This document shows, one piece after another, positions 1 through 9,316 of a DNA stretch of 64,000 bases; position 1 is the stretch's first letter; every line of letters starts with the position of its first letter. The position numbers and the translations under genes are program-made. The notes under the pieces were generated by a model. It was not told the DNA's origin and did no database searches. It saw only the letters and a program-made list of their open reading frames with translations. This DNA is from a virus (taxonomy: Duplodnaviria > Heunggongvirae > Uroviricota > Caudoviricetes): positions 1-64,000 of IMG/VR virus record IMGVR_UViG_3300031784_000011; one strand, given 5' to 3'.

Positions 1-821
1 ACTTGACTACCGTCAGCCATTCTATAATACTTAAACAAAACGTATTTATCGCCTTCGGTTGTTTTAAAATGTGTATGTTTGGTGTAAGGGTTTAGTTGAA
101 AATCATGGTATAAATTTTTCCAAATTACTCCATCTCCTTTTACAGGTTTTACACTTCTTTCAATTGAATTAAAAGTTAGATGTCCACCCTCAGTAATGTT
201 ATTCAATGATATTTGGACACTCCACAATCTATTACCCATGTTTGTAAACAATTTGTCCTCCGATATTTGATTAGGTAGTAGAAAATCGTATTTTTCCTCA
301 TAATTGAATTCGGGTGTTATTTTTTGAATAAAAACATCTTCACCAAATGAATCTCGAATACCAATAACAGAATTGATTCTCTCATTTACTGTTTTATAAA
401 TCTCAGACTTTTTATCTAACTTATGAATCATGGGTGATTGCAAGTCCTTAGATTTTTTCTGTGAGTTTAATTTTTTGTCTGTAATCGATATCAAATCATC
501 ACATTCAATTAATGTTAATAATTCAGGGTAATGATAAATTTCAACTAAATTATTTTCAACTCTATAAGCTCTTGGGTTATCACATAGAGATTTATTGAAC
601 GGATAAAGTTCAACTTCGTAAGGTTGATTAAGGTTTTCCTGTGAATATTGTCTTTGCCAAATTAACGCGTTAGTTGGTTCAATTTCAAGTTCTCTTTTAA
701 TTAAATTGTAATCAAATCCATTATTAAGTAAAACATTAAAAATGGACTCTCTATCATATCCATTCACAATATTAGACCAAATCCATAGTTTCCATTCAGG
801 AGTAAAAATTCTATTAATCAT
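1..821 (-). CDS. hypothetical protein whose C-terminus runs off the window start; possible 2OG-Fe(II) oxygenase/P4H-like fold
   Basis: Minus-strand frame is open from the ATG (rc of cat at 819-821) to position 1, translated by eye. It is not in the ORF track because it has no stop inside the window. The motif GGHLTF...KGDGVIW resembles a prolyl-hydroxylase-type jelly-roll. Confidence 0.3.
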   Translation of the reverse strand, partial: MINRIFTPEWKLWIWSNIVNGYDRESIFNVLLNNGFDYNLIKRELEIEPTNALIWQRQYSQENLNQPYEVELYPFNKSLCDNPRAYRVENNLVEIYHYPELLTLIECDDLISITDKKLNSQKKSKDLQSPMIHKLDKKSEIYKTVNERINSVIGIRDSFGEDVFIQKITPEFNYEEKYDFLLPNQISEDKLFTNMGNRLWSVQISLNNITEGGHLTFNSIERSVKPVKGDGVIWKNLYHDFQLNPYTKHTHFKTTEGDKYVLFKYYRMADGSQ

Positions 822-824
822 ATT

Positions 825-1079
825 TTATTTTTTTATTTTTCTTTCGATTACATACACAGTATCACCTTTTTCATATGACCTGTACGATGTTATTTTCATT
901 TCGGGGTTTTTTAGATACAATTTCCAATATGGAGTTGTTTGTAAAGTATTGTCACAACCAATTCCATGATATTCAACAGAATCAACAATACATGGGATTT
1001 TAGTGTCAGTATATTGTGTCTTGTACTTGCAAGACATTAATATTAGACCCAAAAAAATTACAAATGTTAGATTTTTCAT
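825..1079 (-). CDS. small lipoprotein
   Basis: N-terminus MKNLTFVIFLGLILMSC is a signal peptide ending in a lipobox-like Cys. A TATATTTA promoter-like motif sits 4 nt upstream of the ATG. Confidence 0.5.
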   Translation of the reverse strand: MKNLTFVIFLGLILMSCKYKTQYTDTKIPCIVDSVEYHGIGCDNTLQTTPYWKLYLKNPEMKITSYRSYEKGDTVYVIERKIKK

Positions 1080-1115
1080 ATTCTAAATATAAATGATTTT
1101 TTTGATAAAACAAAA

Positions 1116-1370
1116 TTAATCTTCACAGAAACAATTGTTTCTTGAAAGAGCGATTAACTTGATGTGTTTTAAACATTCATTGTCGGCCCTAACTACCGCA
1201 CCACACAAATCGTTATTCACAACAGATTGAACGAAACTACCCCCAATGGGTCCAACCCCATCTCTTGTTCTCATTACCGATACAATGATGTTGATGATGT
1301 GTTCACTAACATCATCTTGTCCATACCTCTTTACGAAGTCTTTTGCTGCACTATATAATTTTTCTTCCAT
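1116..1370 (-). CDS. hypothetical protein
   Basis: 84-aa ORF in the co-directional minus-strand gene array. Confidence 0.4.
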   Translation of the reverse strand: MEEKLYSAAKDFVKRYGQDDVSEHIINIIVSVMRTRDGVGPIGGSFVQSVVNNDLCGAVVRADNECLKHIKLIALSRNNCFCED

Positions 1371-1373
1371 ATT

Positions 1374-1598
1374 TTAAACATTCCATGATGCCAACATTTG
1401 TCCTATATCATCATTCCTGTCCCTACCGTCGGCTTTAAAATTATCATCATCCAGTGTAATATTTTTTGTGATTGTAATAATTCCTTTTTTTATCGCATCA
1501 CATGGTTTTCTGTTACATGGACAAATTCTATATTCGAATGAGGTGTTAATACCACATCTCACACATTCATAATAATCTTTTGTGGTTGTTGTTATCAT
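1374..1598 (-). CDS. small Cys-rich (zinc-ribbon-like) protein
   Basis: CxxC...CxC cysteine pattern (YECVRCG...ICPCNRKPC). Confidence 0.4.
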   Translation of the reverse strand: MITTTTKDYYECVRCGINTSFEYRICPCNRKPCDAIKKGIITITKNITLDDDNFKADGRDRNDDIGQMLASWNV

Positions 1599-1606
1599 TA
1601 TTAGAA

Positions 1607-2092
1607 TTAGTTGTCAAACCAAAAGACAACTCTAAAACCATTCTCTTTAATCGTATACCTCTTTTGGTCATCATTTGTTATCCAAAATTCTTCTTTAAAC
1701 CTATTGTCCATAGAGTCAACAAAATATTTTAAGTTCTCAACGATTTCTTCATTATCTGAATTATTGTACAGATAATCTTTGAGTTCTTTTAAGGTGTAGT
1801 AAGAAGCTGTATGGACCATATCACCTCTTTCATATTCCTTTCTTGTTGTCTCAGTCACATCCTCAGGTAAACCCCTTGGGTCCGCAATCGGGTCCATTGA
1901 ACCTCTGACCTCCGCAAGAATTGAGAATAAATCATAATTTCTTCCCCAATAAAAAGCAACGTGGTCGTACTCCCTTTCGGAATCGTTCATTCCAAAATGT
2001 GGATTTATTTGCCAATGGTCAACATTGACCCATTTATTTTCACCATTTACTGAAGTGTATTTTTCCAAATACACATGAATATCACATCCCAT
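1607..2092 (-). CDS. hypothetical protein
   Basis: 161 aa. Preceded by an exact TTG-N20-TATATTTG promoter-like element whose motif ends 4 nt before the ATG. Confidence 0.55.
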   Translation of the reverse strand: MGCDIHVYLEKYTSVNGENKWVNVDHWQINPHFGMNDSEREYDHVAFYWGRNYDLFSILAEVRGSMDPIADPRGLPEDVTETTRKEYERGDMVHTASYYTLKELKDYLYNNSDNEEIVENLKYFVDSMDNRFKEEFWITNDDQKRYTIKENGFRVVFWFDN

Positions 2093-2096
2093 GATT

Positions 2097-2127
2097 CAAA
2101 TATAATTAATAATTTTTAAAATGTCAA
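2097..2127 (-). promoter_or_regulatory. host sigma-A-type promoter candidate (TTG-N20-TATATTTG), leaderless
   Basis: Minus-strand TTG at 2125-2127, a 20-nt spacer, TATATTTG at 2097-2104, then aatc, then ATG of 1607..2092. Confidence 0.5.
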
Positions 2128-2128
2128 T

Positions 2129-4042
2129 TTAGTACTGAGATATCTTACCCAATTTAGTAACCTTGTTTCCCCTAAATTCTGAGTGTTCCTTTATTATGCC
2201 GTAAAAAGACACCTTTGAATTAATTGAAACGCTCTTATGTAAATTAGTTGTTAGGTATTCAGTATTAATTTCACCAAATTTAGAAAATATGTTACCATTT
2301 TTGTCAACCAAATCATAGACAGTTGTTGGCCCATAAAGACCATTCACGGTTCTAATATCGGTAACAGTTAGTTCAAAATAAATTTTCATACCAGGACTAC
2401 CGACAAATTTACTCACCTTTAATTTGGATTCGTCAATGTCCCTTGATTTGTGGTTAACAAATGCATCAAAGTCGGTTACAAATCCTAAAGTGGTTTTGGC
2501 TCTTGTGTAAGCAACGTATTCTAAATTTTTTTCTTGTTCAATTTGCCATGGTAAGGTTGCAAATTTCGATGGAAATAATTCTGGGTGGATAATAAAAACC
2601 CTTTCTGATTCAAGACCTTTAGATTTATGTACGTTACTCAAGCATATTCCACTTTTTTTATCATCTGAAAAGATATCATCGATTTTCTTTACAACAATTG
2701 CGGGGTCATCTATCCCGTGGGATAACGCTTCTATTACTTGTATCTTTTCACCAAATAGAATTACTTGGTTATCCTCTAACGCTTCACTTCTTTTCATTGT
2801 GTGATTTGTCATTGTTTTTTCAATCAACTTTTCTTTGTCCTTAAGAAGACAACATATTACGTTTGTCATGTTATATTCTTCATTCTTCTTGTTGCAAGAA
2901 AGTATCATGGTTTTCAAAGACTTACCAATATCAGAACCAATTATATAAGATTTTTTACCTTCACTTAATAATTTGATACACAATGAGACAACCGGAAATG
3001 TATTTCTACACAAAACCATGTCCCCATCCATAATATCTTTATAGGAGAAGTTTTCAATTACTCTACCTGACCTATTTTTAGAATGAGCAATGATTGCTGG
3101 ATTTATGTGTCGAACCAAATTTAAAATCTCAGGCGAGACTCTATATGTAAAAGACAATGGTAATTCAACCGTGTTTGGTAGTTCTTTCAATTTTTGATAT
3201 GACTCATGGTCAGCACCTGCAAAACCATATATCGCTTGTTTAGGGTCACCTACAGCAATGAATCTACCACCATCAGGTTTCATTGCTTTTTGCATCAATA
3301 AACGGTGACAAGAATTCAAATCTTGACATTCGTCTATAAAAACAAAATCGTAATTATCTCCCGAATGGTTCAAAATGATTGGTAAAGAAATCATGTCGGT
3401 ATAATCGAGAACCTTTAGATAAGACATACCCAATTTAGACAGATACCATGCGGCAGTGGATTCACCATCTTGATTGTTCACAGAATGAAACTCTGCAATT
3501 TTATTTATCTCACCAACACCAATTGGTTTGATATCAAAATTTACTAAATGTTGTCTCGATAAATTACACAGAGTTACAACATCGGTAACAAATTTATACC
3601 TGTCAATATTCTCACCTTGAACAGAATCATGGATGCCTTGAATGTACTTGTTTTGTTCTTCGTTGAATCCGTATTTGTCTAAACTATCGGGTTTTTCACC
3701 ACTGTAAAAATTAATGATGTCCCAAAAAAGATTTCGATACTTTAAACTTTTTTCGTCAACACCACAATCATAGTTATTCCTCATGATTGTGTAACCGAAA
3801 CCATGGACCGTTTTGACATCAATGTTCTTATTTTCGGGAATCCTTCTTTTTAATTCATCTCGTATACTAACATTGAATGCCAAAAACAATACTGATTTAT
3901 CATCAGGTATTAAGTCCAAAGCTTTTAATAGTGTCGTCGTTTTACCACTACCAGCAACAGCAGAAACTACTGCGTTTCGAGTATCTTTTAAAATAAAATT
4001 GAAAATATCTTTTTGATATTTGCTGGGTGTAAATTTAGACAT
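2129..4042 (-). CDS. UvrD/Rep-type superfamily 1 DNA helicase
   Basis: Walker A AGSGKTTTL near the N-terminus. Motifs II/III FIDECQDLN...VGDPKQAIYGFAGA match UvrD-like helicases. About 100 aa of C-terminal extension. Confidence 0.8.
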   Translation of the reverse strand: MSKFTPSKYQKDIFNFILKDTRNAVVSAVAGSGKTTTLLKALDLIPDDKSVLFLAFNVSIRDELKRRIPENKNIDVKTVHGFGYTIMRNNYDCGVDEKSLKYRNLFWDIINFYSGEKPDSLDKYGFNEEQNKYIQGIHDSVQGENIDRYKFVTDVVTLCNLSRQHLVNFDIKPIGVGEINKIAEFHSVNNQDGESTAAWYLSKLGMSYLKVLDYTDMISLPIILNHSGDNYDFVFIDECQDLNSCHRLLMQKAMKPDGGRFIAVGDPKQAIYGFAGADHESYQKLKELPNTVELPLSFTYRVSPEILNLVRHINPAIIAHSKNRSGRVIENFSYKDIMDGDMVLCRNTFPVVSLCIKLLSEGKKSYIIGSDIGKSLKTMILSCNKKNEEYNMTNVICCLLKDKEKLIEKTMTNHTMKRSEALEDNQVILFGEKIQVIEALSHGIDDPAIVVKKIDDIFSDDKKSGICLSNVHKSKGLESERVFIIHPELFPSKFATLPWQIEQEKNLEYVAYTRAKTTLGFVTDFDAFVNHKSRDIDESKLKVSKFVGSPGMKIYFELTVTDIRTVNGLYGPTTVYDLVDKNGNIFSKFGEINTEYLTTNLHKSVSINSKVSFYGIIKEHSEFRGNKVTKLGKISQY

Positions 4043-4043
4043 A

Positions 4044-4262
4044 TTACTTTTCGATAAACATGTTTGTATTTGAAATTGGTACTCTTAAAACAGGAATATT
4101 TTTTTCATCTCCATCCAATTTCTTCATGACTTCATAGTAACCACTGTCACTTATTCTAACAGTTGGTGCATCTGTAATCATTTCTAATAATTTTGAAGAT
4201 TCTTTTGGACCTTCGTAAAGCTTAACTTCTTTTGTTGTTGTGTTAAAAATTAATGTTTGCAT
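4044..4262 (-). CDS. hypothetical protein
   Basis: 72-aa ORF with a 1-nt gap to the helicase gene upstream on the same strand. Confidence 0.4.
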   Translation of the reverse strand: MQTLIFNTTTKEVKLYEGPKESSKLLEMITDAPTVRISDSGYYEVMKKLDGDEKNIPVLRVPISNTNMFIEK

Positions 4263-4268
4263 TTTTAT

Positions 4269-5378
4269 TTATTTTATGTTTAGTAAATATTTTTTAAATA
4301 ATTCGTGCTCAACTGACACGCAGATTCTAGAATATGATGACCATAAGTCCTTATCGTGATAAACAAACTTATCAAGACCAACAGCACCGATTCTATGTTG
4401 AAATAAGTAATCTTCCGATTTATTTATAACCGCGAAGATACCTAATGGTTGACCACCTTGGTAAATTTCTTCAACCAGTAGGTTTTTCTCTTTTAGGTAA
4501 TTTACATTCTTAAAGATATTATTAGTTGTTATATTTTTAAATTGTTCTAATGAACTTCTTCCTTCGGGTGTGGTTAAAACTTTCTCAATAATCATTTGAG
4601 ATGGGGAACATACGGCATTGAATTCATAAAGTAAACGAATGTTTAATTCTGAATTAAAATCCTTGTCCTTACAAAAAATGAAACCCATTCTTAAACCCGA
4701 TAAACCTACCCATTTTGAAAAAGATTCGGTGATAATAACATTATCAAGATGGGCAACTTTATCAAAGAAATCATCTTCATAAAATAACTTACGGTATGGT
4801 GAATCAAATATTATAATCGCACCTGTCATCGATATCTCATAAATCTTTCTGAAAAGAATGTTGTCATCTATTTTTACACCTGTAGGATTATTTGGGTCAC
4901 AAATAAAAATACAAGATGATTCACTAAAATTGGATGCTTCTAAAGATTCTAATGATTCATAAAATGAAAAAGACTTTTGTCTAATTGTTGCCATTTTAGA
5001 ATAAGAACCCCAATAAAATTTTGGGAAATAAATATTTTCTACATTTAATAATTGGATAACCAAATCTAACGCAGGCATACCACCTGGTGTGATTGCAATA
5101 TTATTGATGAAATTAGGTGAATTTGCAAATGAAGGAAAATATTCTGAAACGATAGAATGTCTAAATGTTTCAATACCCAAGTTAGGTGCATATACTTGAA
5201 ACTCTTTTGAGTTAAAATCAATTTGTTTCATAACTCCCGTCAAATCGATTTCCGTAACAGCGTTTACACCTCTATTTAATTCGAGATATGAATTACCTGA
5301 TTCTTTTGCCGCCCTTTTAACTTTCTGACCAATCCCTACTATCGAAGAGAAGGTTGCATTCGATATATTTACTTTCAT
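4269..5378 (-). CDS. class I/II PLP-dependent aminotransferase
   Basis: CDPNNPTG (NPTG motif) and ESFSKWVGLSGLRMGF (PLP-lysine SxSK...GxRxG) are diagnostic of fold-type I aminotransferases. Confidence 0.75.
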   Translation of the reverse strand: MKVNISNATFSSIVGIGQKVKRAAKESGNSYLELNRGVNAVTEIDLTGVMKQIDFNSKEFQVYAPNLGIETFRHSIVSEYFPSFANSPNFINNIAITPGGMPALDLVIQLLNVENIYFPKFYWGSYSKMATIRQKSFSFYESLESLEASNFSESSCIFICDPNNPTGVKIDDNILFRKIYEISMTGAIIIFDSPYRKLFYEDDFFDKVAHLDNVIITESFSKWVGLSGLRMGFIFCKDKDFNSELNIRLLYEFNAVCSPSQMIIEKVLTTPEGRSSLEQFKNITTNNIFKNVNYLKEKNLLVEEIYQGGQPLGIFAVINKSEDYLFQHRIGAVGLDKFVYHDKDLWSSYSRICVSVEHELFKKYLLNIK

Positions 5379-5450
5379 TATATTCTAAGTTAGTCTGTAC
5401 TTACCACTAACAAAATATAATAAAAAGAAATCGTATTTCCAAAAATTAAT

Positions 5451-5478
5451 AAAAAAAAATCCCCTTTCGGGGATTAAA
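5451..5478 (-). terminator. intrinsic terminator
   Basis: Hairpin atcccc-tttc-ggggat at 5459-5474, followed on the minus strand by a 9-nt T-run (A-run 5451-5459 on plus). It lies directly downstream of gene 5479..5835. Confidence 0.6.
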
Positions 5479-5835
5479 TTAATATGGATTTTCAAATGTC
5501 AACGAGTCTAAGGACTCATCTATTTTGGAATTATACCACCCATTTATCCAACATTTTGTGGTATCACCAATTTTGGCGGGTTTATTGGTTAGTATTGTGA
5601 CACCATTTTCAAATGTTATATGATATTGATTTTGGAATATTTCTTCACAGGATACTACCGGTACAGGATACCACTCTTTTTCGCTCCTTGGTATAACTTC
5701 CTCACTTATTTCTTCCTCAACTATATTTTCATCTGTAATATAGTTATGTATCTTTTCTTTATTAAAATGAAGAATACCAGTGAAAATTATGACCGTTATA
5801 AACGCCAAAAGAATCCTGACTTGTTTTATATCCAT
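5479..5835 (-). CDS. membrane-anchored hypothetical protein
   Basis: N-terminal hydrophobic segment ILLAFITVIIFTGIL. Confidence 0.45.
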   Translation of the reverse strand: MDIKQVRILLAFITVIIFTGILHFNKEKIHNYITDENIVEEEISEEVIPRSEKEWYPVPVVSCEEIFQNQYHITFENGVTILTNKPAKIGDTTKCWINGWYNSKIDESLDSLTFENPY

Positions 5836-5837
5836 GA

Positions 5838-6404
5838 TTAAAATTTTTCTTTTAATTTTTCAGTTTGAATTATGTCTTTCAATAATTTAACATACCCTTC
5901 ACCCGCTTCGGCGTAGGTATTTGATAAATACAAATAGTATTCATTTTCAGTATTAATCTGACCAAGGTATCGGCATTGGTAAAACGCATAATCATAAACA
6001 GATTGGTACCAGTTATCATAAAACGCGTGACCGTTTTGAGTTCCTTTGGCGGTGTTGATTCTAACTGTCGCCTGTTTCATACCAAACAGATTATTATTTT
6101 CCTTGAAAACTTGACTTTTGTAATGTCCCGTCTCAGCAATGGCTTGAGCCATAACAATATGTGGAAATTTAACGTTTAATCTTTTTAGTTCTGATACAAA
6201 CTTATCCTCTGAAAATTTATTTTTTTCTTTTTCTAATGAAATTACGATTAATTCTTTTTCGTAACTGTCCAAACTTTTAAACCGTATAAAACGACCTAAA
6301 ATAAATGAAGAGATTACCAAAACAATTACAACCGACAACGCGATTTTTACTTTTTTCCAATCCTTTTTCCAAAGGAGTAGAGAGTTATCATATTTGTAAA
6401 ACAT
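5838..6404 (-). CDS. GH73 glucosaminidase-domain peptidoglycan hydrolase with N-terminal signal-anchor (endolysin candidate)
   Basis: MAQAIAETGHYKS...NNLFGMK matches the mannosyl-glycoprotein endo-beta-N-acetylglucosaminidase (FlgJ-type) core. There is one N-terminal TM segment. Confidence 0.6.
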   Translation of the reverse strand: MFYKYDNSLLLWKKDWKKVKIALSVVIVLVISSFILGRFIRFKSLDSYEKELIVISLEKEKNKFSEDKFVSELKRLNVKFPHIVMAQAIAETGHYKSQVFKENNNLFGMKQATVRINTAKGTQNGHAFYDNWYQSVYDYAFYQCRYLGQINTENEYYLYLSNTYAEAGEGYVKLLKDIIQTEKLKEKF

Positions 6405-6445
6405 AATTTTAGTGTTTGAGTGTTAGACAATTATTGTTCCAAAAT

Positions 6446-6826
6446 TTAACTTTTCGTAAAATGGTCCACGACCATTCTTGCACTTGAGTAGTTTGTAGCT
6501 AATGCCACTTCGTGCACATCACAAACCCTCATTAACATTTGTACATCAGGTTCGTGCGGGTGTTTATCCAATGGGTCCCTAAAAAATATAACCGCATCGA
6601 TTTCTTTTCTCGAGACCATTGCAGCAATTTCCGCGTCTCCACCCATTGGTCCTGAATTGACTTGTTCAACCTTTGTAACACCAGCAAACATTATTCTTTT
6701 ACCTGTCGTACCCGTTGCAACAATATCAACATCGGTTCGATTAAAAAAATCTAATCGTTTCATTACAAAGGCAACCATGTCCGCCTTCTTACCGTCGTGT
6801 GCTATGAGTGCTATTTTCATAATCAA
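6446..6826 (-). CDS. mgsA: methylglyoxal synthase
   Basis: IALIAHDGKK...ATGTTG...SGPMGGD...IFFRDPL...PHEPD aligns along its full length to MgsA, including the catalytic His/Asp region. Confidence 0.85.
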   Translation of the reverse strand: MIMKIALIAHDGKKADMVAFVMKRLDFFNRTDVDIVATGTTGKRIMFAGVTKVEQVNSGPMGGDAEIAAMVSRKEIDAVIFFRDPLDKHPHEPDVQMLMRVCDVHEVALATNYSSARMVVDHFTKS

Positions 6827-7290
6827 AAAATAAACAACCTACCCCCAATCATAAACTGAGGTTTATCGGTTTGATAAAAACTTAAAGTTAAGTACAAGGG
6901 ATATGATAATTTCAAATTTGCAGCGGTCTTCAATATAATTTGATTACCACCATCAACAGATAAACCCGCCCCACCTGTTAAAATTAACCATTTATAATCT
7001 TTATTTGTGTAAACGTAATTTAAAACAACATAAATTTCTTCAGGTCTACCATTGATTGTTAAAGTATTGGGGTTAAATAAATTTAATTCGGCCATCAATT
7101 TACCATAACCAATTCCAATAAAGGCATTTGTTTTTTCTTTGGAGAATTCGTAACCCGCGGAATAATATGATGAATTACCTCTAGGACCATAAGATAATCC
7201 ATAATTGAATATTCTTTGGGGTACTCTTAACCCTTGTGCCCATGTGTTGTTCATCAACAGCATACAAAATATCATTAAGAATTTTTTCAT
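6823..7290 (-). CDS. secreted outer-membrane beta-barrel-like protein
   Basis: Signal peptide MKKFLMIFCMLLMNNTWAQ. Alternating hydrophobic beta-strand pattern. C-terminal ...GGRLFIF ends in an aromatic residue, which is the OMP sorting signature. Confidence 0.45.
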   Translation of the reverse strand: MKKFLMIFCMLLMNNTWAQGLRVPQRIFNYGLSYGPRGNSSYYSAGYEFSKEKTNAFIGIGYGKLMAELNLFNPNTLTINGRPEEIYVVLNYVYTNKDYKWLILTGGAGLSVDGGNQIILKTAANLKLSYPLYLTLSFYQTDKPQFMIGGRLFIF

Positions 7291-7307
7291 TTTTTATGAT
7301 TTACATA

Positions 7308-7338
7308 CAAATATATTACTAGTATTTGAGATATCCAA
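7308..7338 (-). promoter_or_regulatory. host sigma-A-type promoter candidate (TTG-N20-TATATTTG)
   Basis: Minus-strand TTG at 7336-7338, a 20-nt spacer, TATATTTG at 7308-7315, 17 nt before the ATG of 6823..7290. Confidence 0.5.
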
Positions 7339-7348
7339 ATTTTTTTTC

Positions 7349-7375
7349 AAAAAAAAGAGGGACCGAAATCCCTCC
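7349..7375 (-). terminator. intrinsic terminator
   Basis: Hairpin gaggga-ccgaaa-tccctc at 7356-7374, with a T-run on the minus strand (A-run 7349-7355 on plus). Downstream of gene 7400..8440. Confidence 0.55.
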
Positions 7376-7399
7376 TTACAAATTTAGATTTGATTGTAA

Positions 7400-8440
7400 T
7401 TAAATTCTCCTCAAGGTGGCATTTTCATTGTCATAGGTTCCTCGTAAGATTTCTCTCGGTCCTTCCGACATCATTCCACTTGTCTCGTACGCCCTTTCTT
7501 CCACAACCGCTTCAACATCACGTTCAACTACCCATTCTCTCTCTTCTCTTATATCCACATTTCTCATATCCATATCAGCTTCACCCATTGGGGATTCCAT
7601 ATCCGTTGGTTCTGGTAGTACCTCCATTTTGGTAAACTCTTTCAGTAACACATCCTCTTTGATTCTATCTTCTTCAGTCAACAAAGAGTTGTTGGTTACT
7701 GGGTTTTCACTAACTTCATTTTTAATGACACCCAATATAAAATCAGGTAAACCACTTTCTAATGAATCGATACGAGAATCAATTTGATTCCAAAAAGAAA
7801 ATTCAGGGTCTGAGTCGAGTGATTTAAAGCAACCAACTTTTAATCCTGTTAATTTATTAATCACATAAATAAGGATACCTCTTTTGGAGTATCTTAGGAA
7901 ATAATCCGGGTTATTCTCAGACGACGTACACCATTTTGTTGATGACCCATATTTCTTTGAGGCGTAAAACGTTAAAGGTCTTAAAACAATCCACTCATCT
8001 GAAGTGAACAATGTGTGAATTTGTTTTTCCAAATCTTTCTCGAAAGCTTTAATCTCAGCGAGACTAGTCGCCGTCATTACATCGTCAAAAGATTTAAATT
8101 TAGATAAGTCATTATCTTGAATCAATCCTCTTTCATTGTAATCACAAAATTTTTGGAATGTTTTTAAATCTGAAAAATTAAAACTCTGTTCCAAAAATCT
8201 GTAAGAGCTAAAAATTTGAAATGGGGTCATTCCTTTAAAGTGGTCATCTGTAATTCCAAATTCTCTTTTTAGATTCTCACGAACTTCATTGACGTACATG
8301 TCTAAATGTTTCGTGTTTTTTGAAAGTCGAATTAAAAATTCGATGTACTTAGATTTACCCTCAGGGCAAAAGATTTGAAAGACATCAACCATATTTATGT
8401 TGTTGTCAGGATTTTGTTTTAGTTCTTTGATTCGTGACAT
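7400..8440 (-). CDS. hypothetical protein
   Basis: 346-aa ORF with an acidic C-terminal region. Confidence 0.5.
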   Translation of the reverse strand: MSRIKELKQNPDNNINMVDVFQIFCPEGKSKYIEFLIRLSKNTKHLDMYVNEVRENLKREFGITDDHFKGMTPFQIFSSYRFLEQSFNFSDLKTFQKFCDYNERGLIQDNDLSKFKSFDDVMTATSLAEIKAFEKDLEKQIHTLFTSDEWIVLRPLTFYASKKYGSSTKWCTSSENNPDYFLRYSKRGILIYVINKLTGLKVGCFKSLDSDPEFSFWNQIDSRIDSLESGLPDFILGVIKNEVSENPVTNNSLLTEEDRIKEDVLLKEFTKMEVLPEPTDMESPMGEADMDMRNVDIREEREWVVERDVEAVVEERAYETSGMMSEGPREILRGTYDNENATLRRI

Positions 8441-8459
8441 ATTGTTTTAATTTAGTTTA

Positions 8460-9128
8460 TTAATAAAATTTACGTAACATTTGAACCACGTCCCAAGCGT
8501 CCTCAAGAGCGGTGTGAGCGACTTCTCCGTCAATTCCAGCACGTTCTTTACATTTTTTAAGACTTGGAATTGCGTTATCCTCATCCCATATACAATACAA
8601 AACGGAAGGGTCAATAATTCTTTGTCTGATTTTTATGAGTTTTTTCCACCACGGTAATTCTTCCAAGAACAATTTATCAAAGGTTCCAAAATTTTTACCG
8701 GCAACATTAATTGTAAGTGATGGTGTGTGATTGTTAAAAGCCGGTATCATTGTTCCATTGACATTTCTAACATGATTATTTAGAAATGATGAATTTGGGT
8801 AGATACCATTTAAGAATAAAAAGTCATAGAATTTTTGTGCCAGTTCATTTTCTTCCAAAAATACATAATCACTATGATGTTCCAAGTTTGCCCTATCCTC
8901 TTCGTTACCTTCTTTATATTCACCAATTAATGATATGATTTCTTTGTTCATGGAAATCGCTCTCGGTGAACCGGTAATTTGGTTTTGAAGTACGATGGCG
9001 TTAAACTTTGGTAATTTCTCGTATGGTAATTTATTAGTGGTGTCTTCTATGATAGCACCAAAAGACAACACACTATTGTTTAACGGTTCGAGACCTGAAG
9101 TCTCAATGTCTATTGATACATATATCAT
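8460..9128 (-). CDS. DEDDh-family 3'-5' exonuclease
   Basis: N-terminal YVSIDIETSG (Exo I motif) and C-terminal HTALEDAWD (Exo III, YxxxD/H) are typical of DnaQ-like exonucleases. Confidence 0.7.
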   Translation of the reverse strand: MIYVSIDIETSGLEPLNNSVLSFGAIIEDTTNKLPYEKLPKFNAIVLQNQITGSPRAISMNKEIISLIGEYKEGNEEDRANLEHHSDYVFLEENELAQKFYDFLFLNGIYPNSSFLNNHVRNVNGTMIPAFNNHTPSLTINVAGKNFGTFDKLFLEELPWWKKLIKIRQRIIDPSVLYCIWDEDNAIPSLKKCKERAGIDGEVAHTALEDAWDVVQMLRKFY

Positions 9129-9316
9129 CGGTCAAGTGCTTTTACAACTACAACAATCATGATGACAATAAAGATGAGGGCAAACCCACCCCATAGTGGT
9201 GCGGTCACCCACCACCACGACCAATCAATAACACCAGTAAGTTTAAGTGTCATAAAAATTAAAAACATCAGACCGAAGAATCCCACTCCTCCTGATGACG
9301 AACTATTTTCTGCCAT
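9125..9316 (-). CDS. small two-TM membrane protein (holin-like topology)
   Basis: 63 aa with two hydrophobic helices, a WSWWW stretch and a charged C-terminus KALDR. Confidence 0.35.
   Translation of the reverse strand: MAENSSSSGGVGFFGLMFLIFMTLKLTGVIDWSWWWVTAPLWGGFALIFIVIMIVVVVKALDR

Noticed and set aside
742-969. Various short plus-strand ORFs in the minus-strand arm (742..969, 3813..4016, 5620..5841, 5976..6179, 13958..14182, 14287..14490, 15423..15608, 19626..19895, 20251..20442, 20669..20869, 21833..22084, 23476..23682, 24296..24550, 24872..25099)
   Set aside because: All are antisense to longer, better-supported minus-strand genes. They have hydrophobic or low-complexity composition and no initiation context.
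7390-7635. 81-aa plus-strand ORF
   Set aside because: It lies entirely inside minus-strand gene 7400..8440. It is proline-rich nonsense typical of antisense frames.
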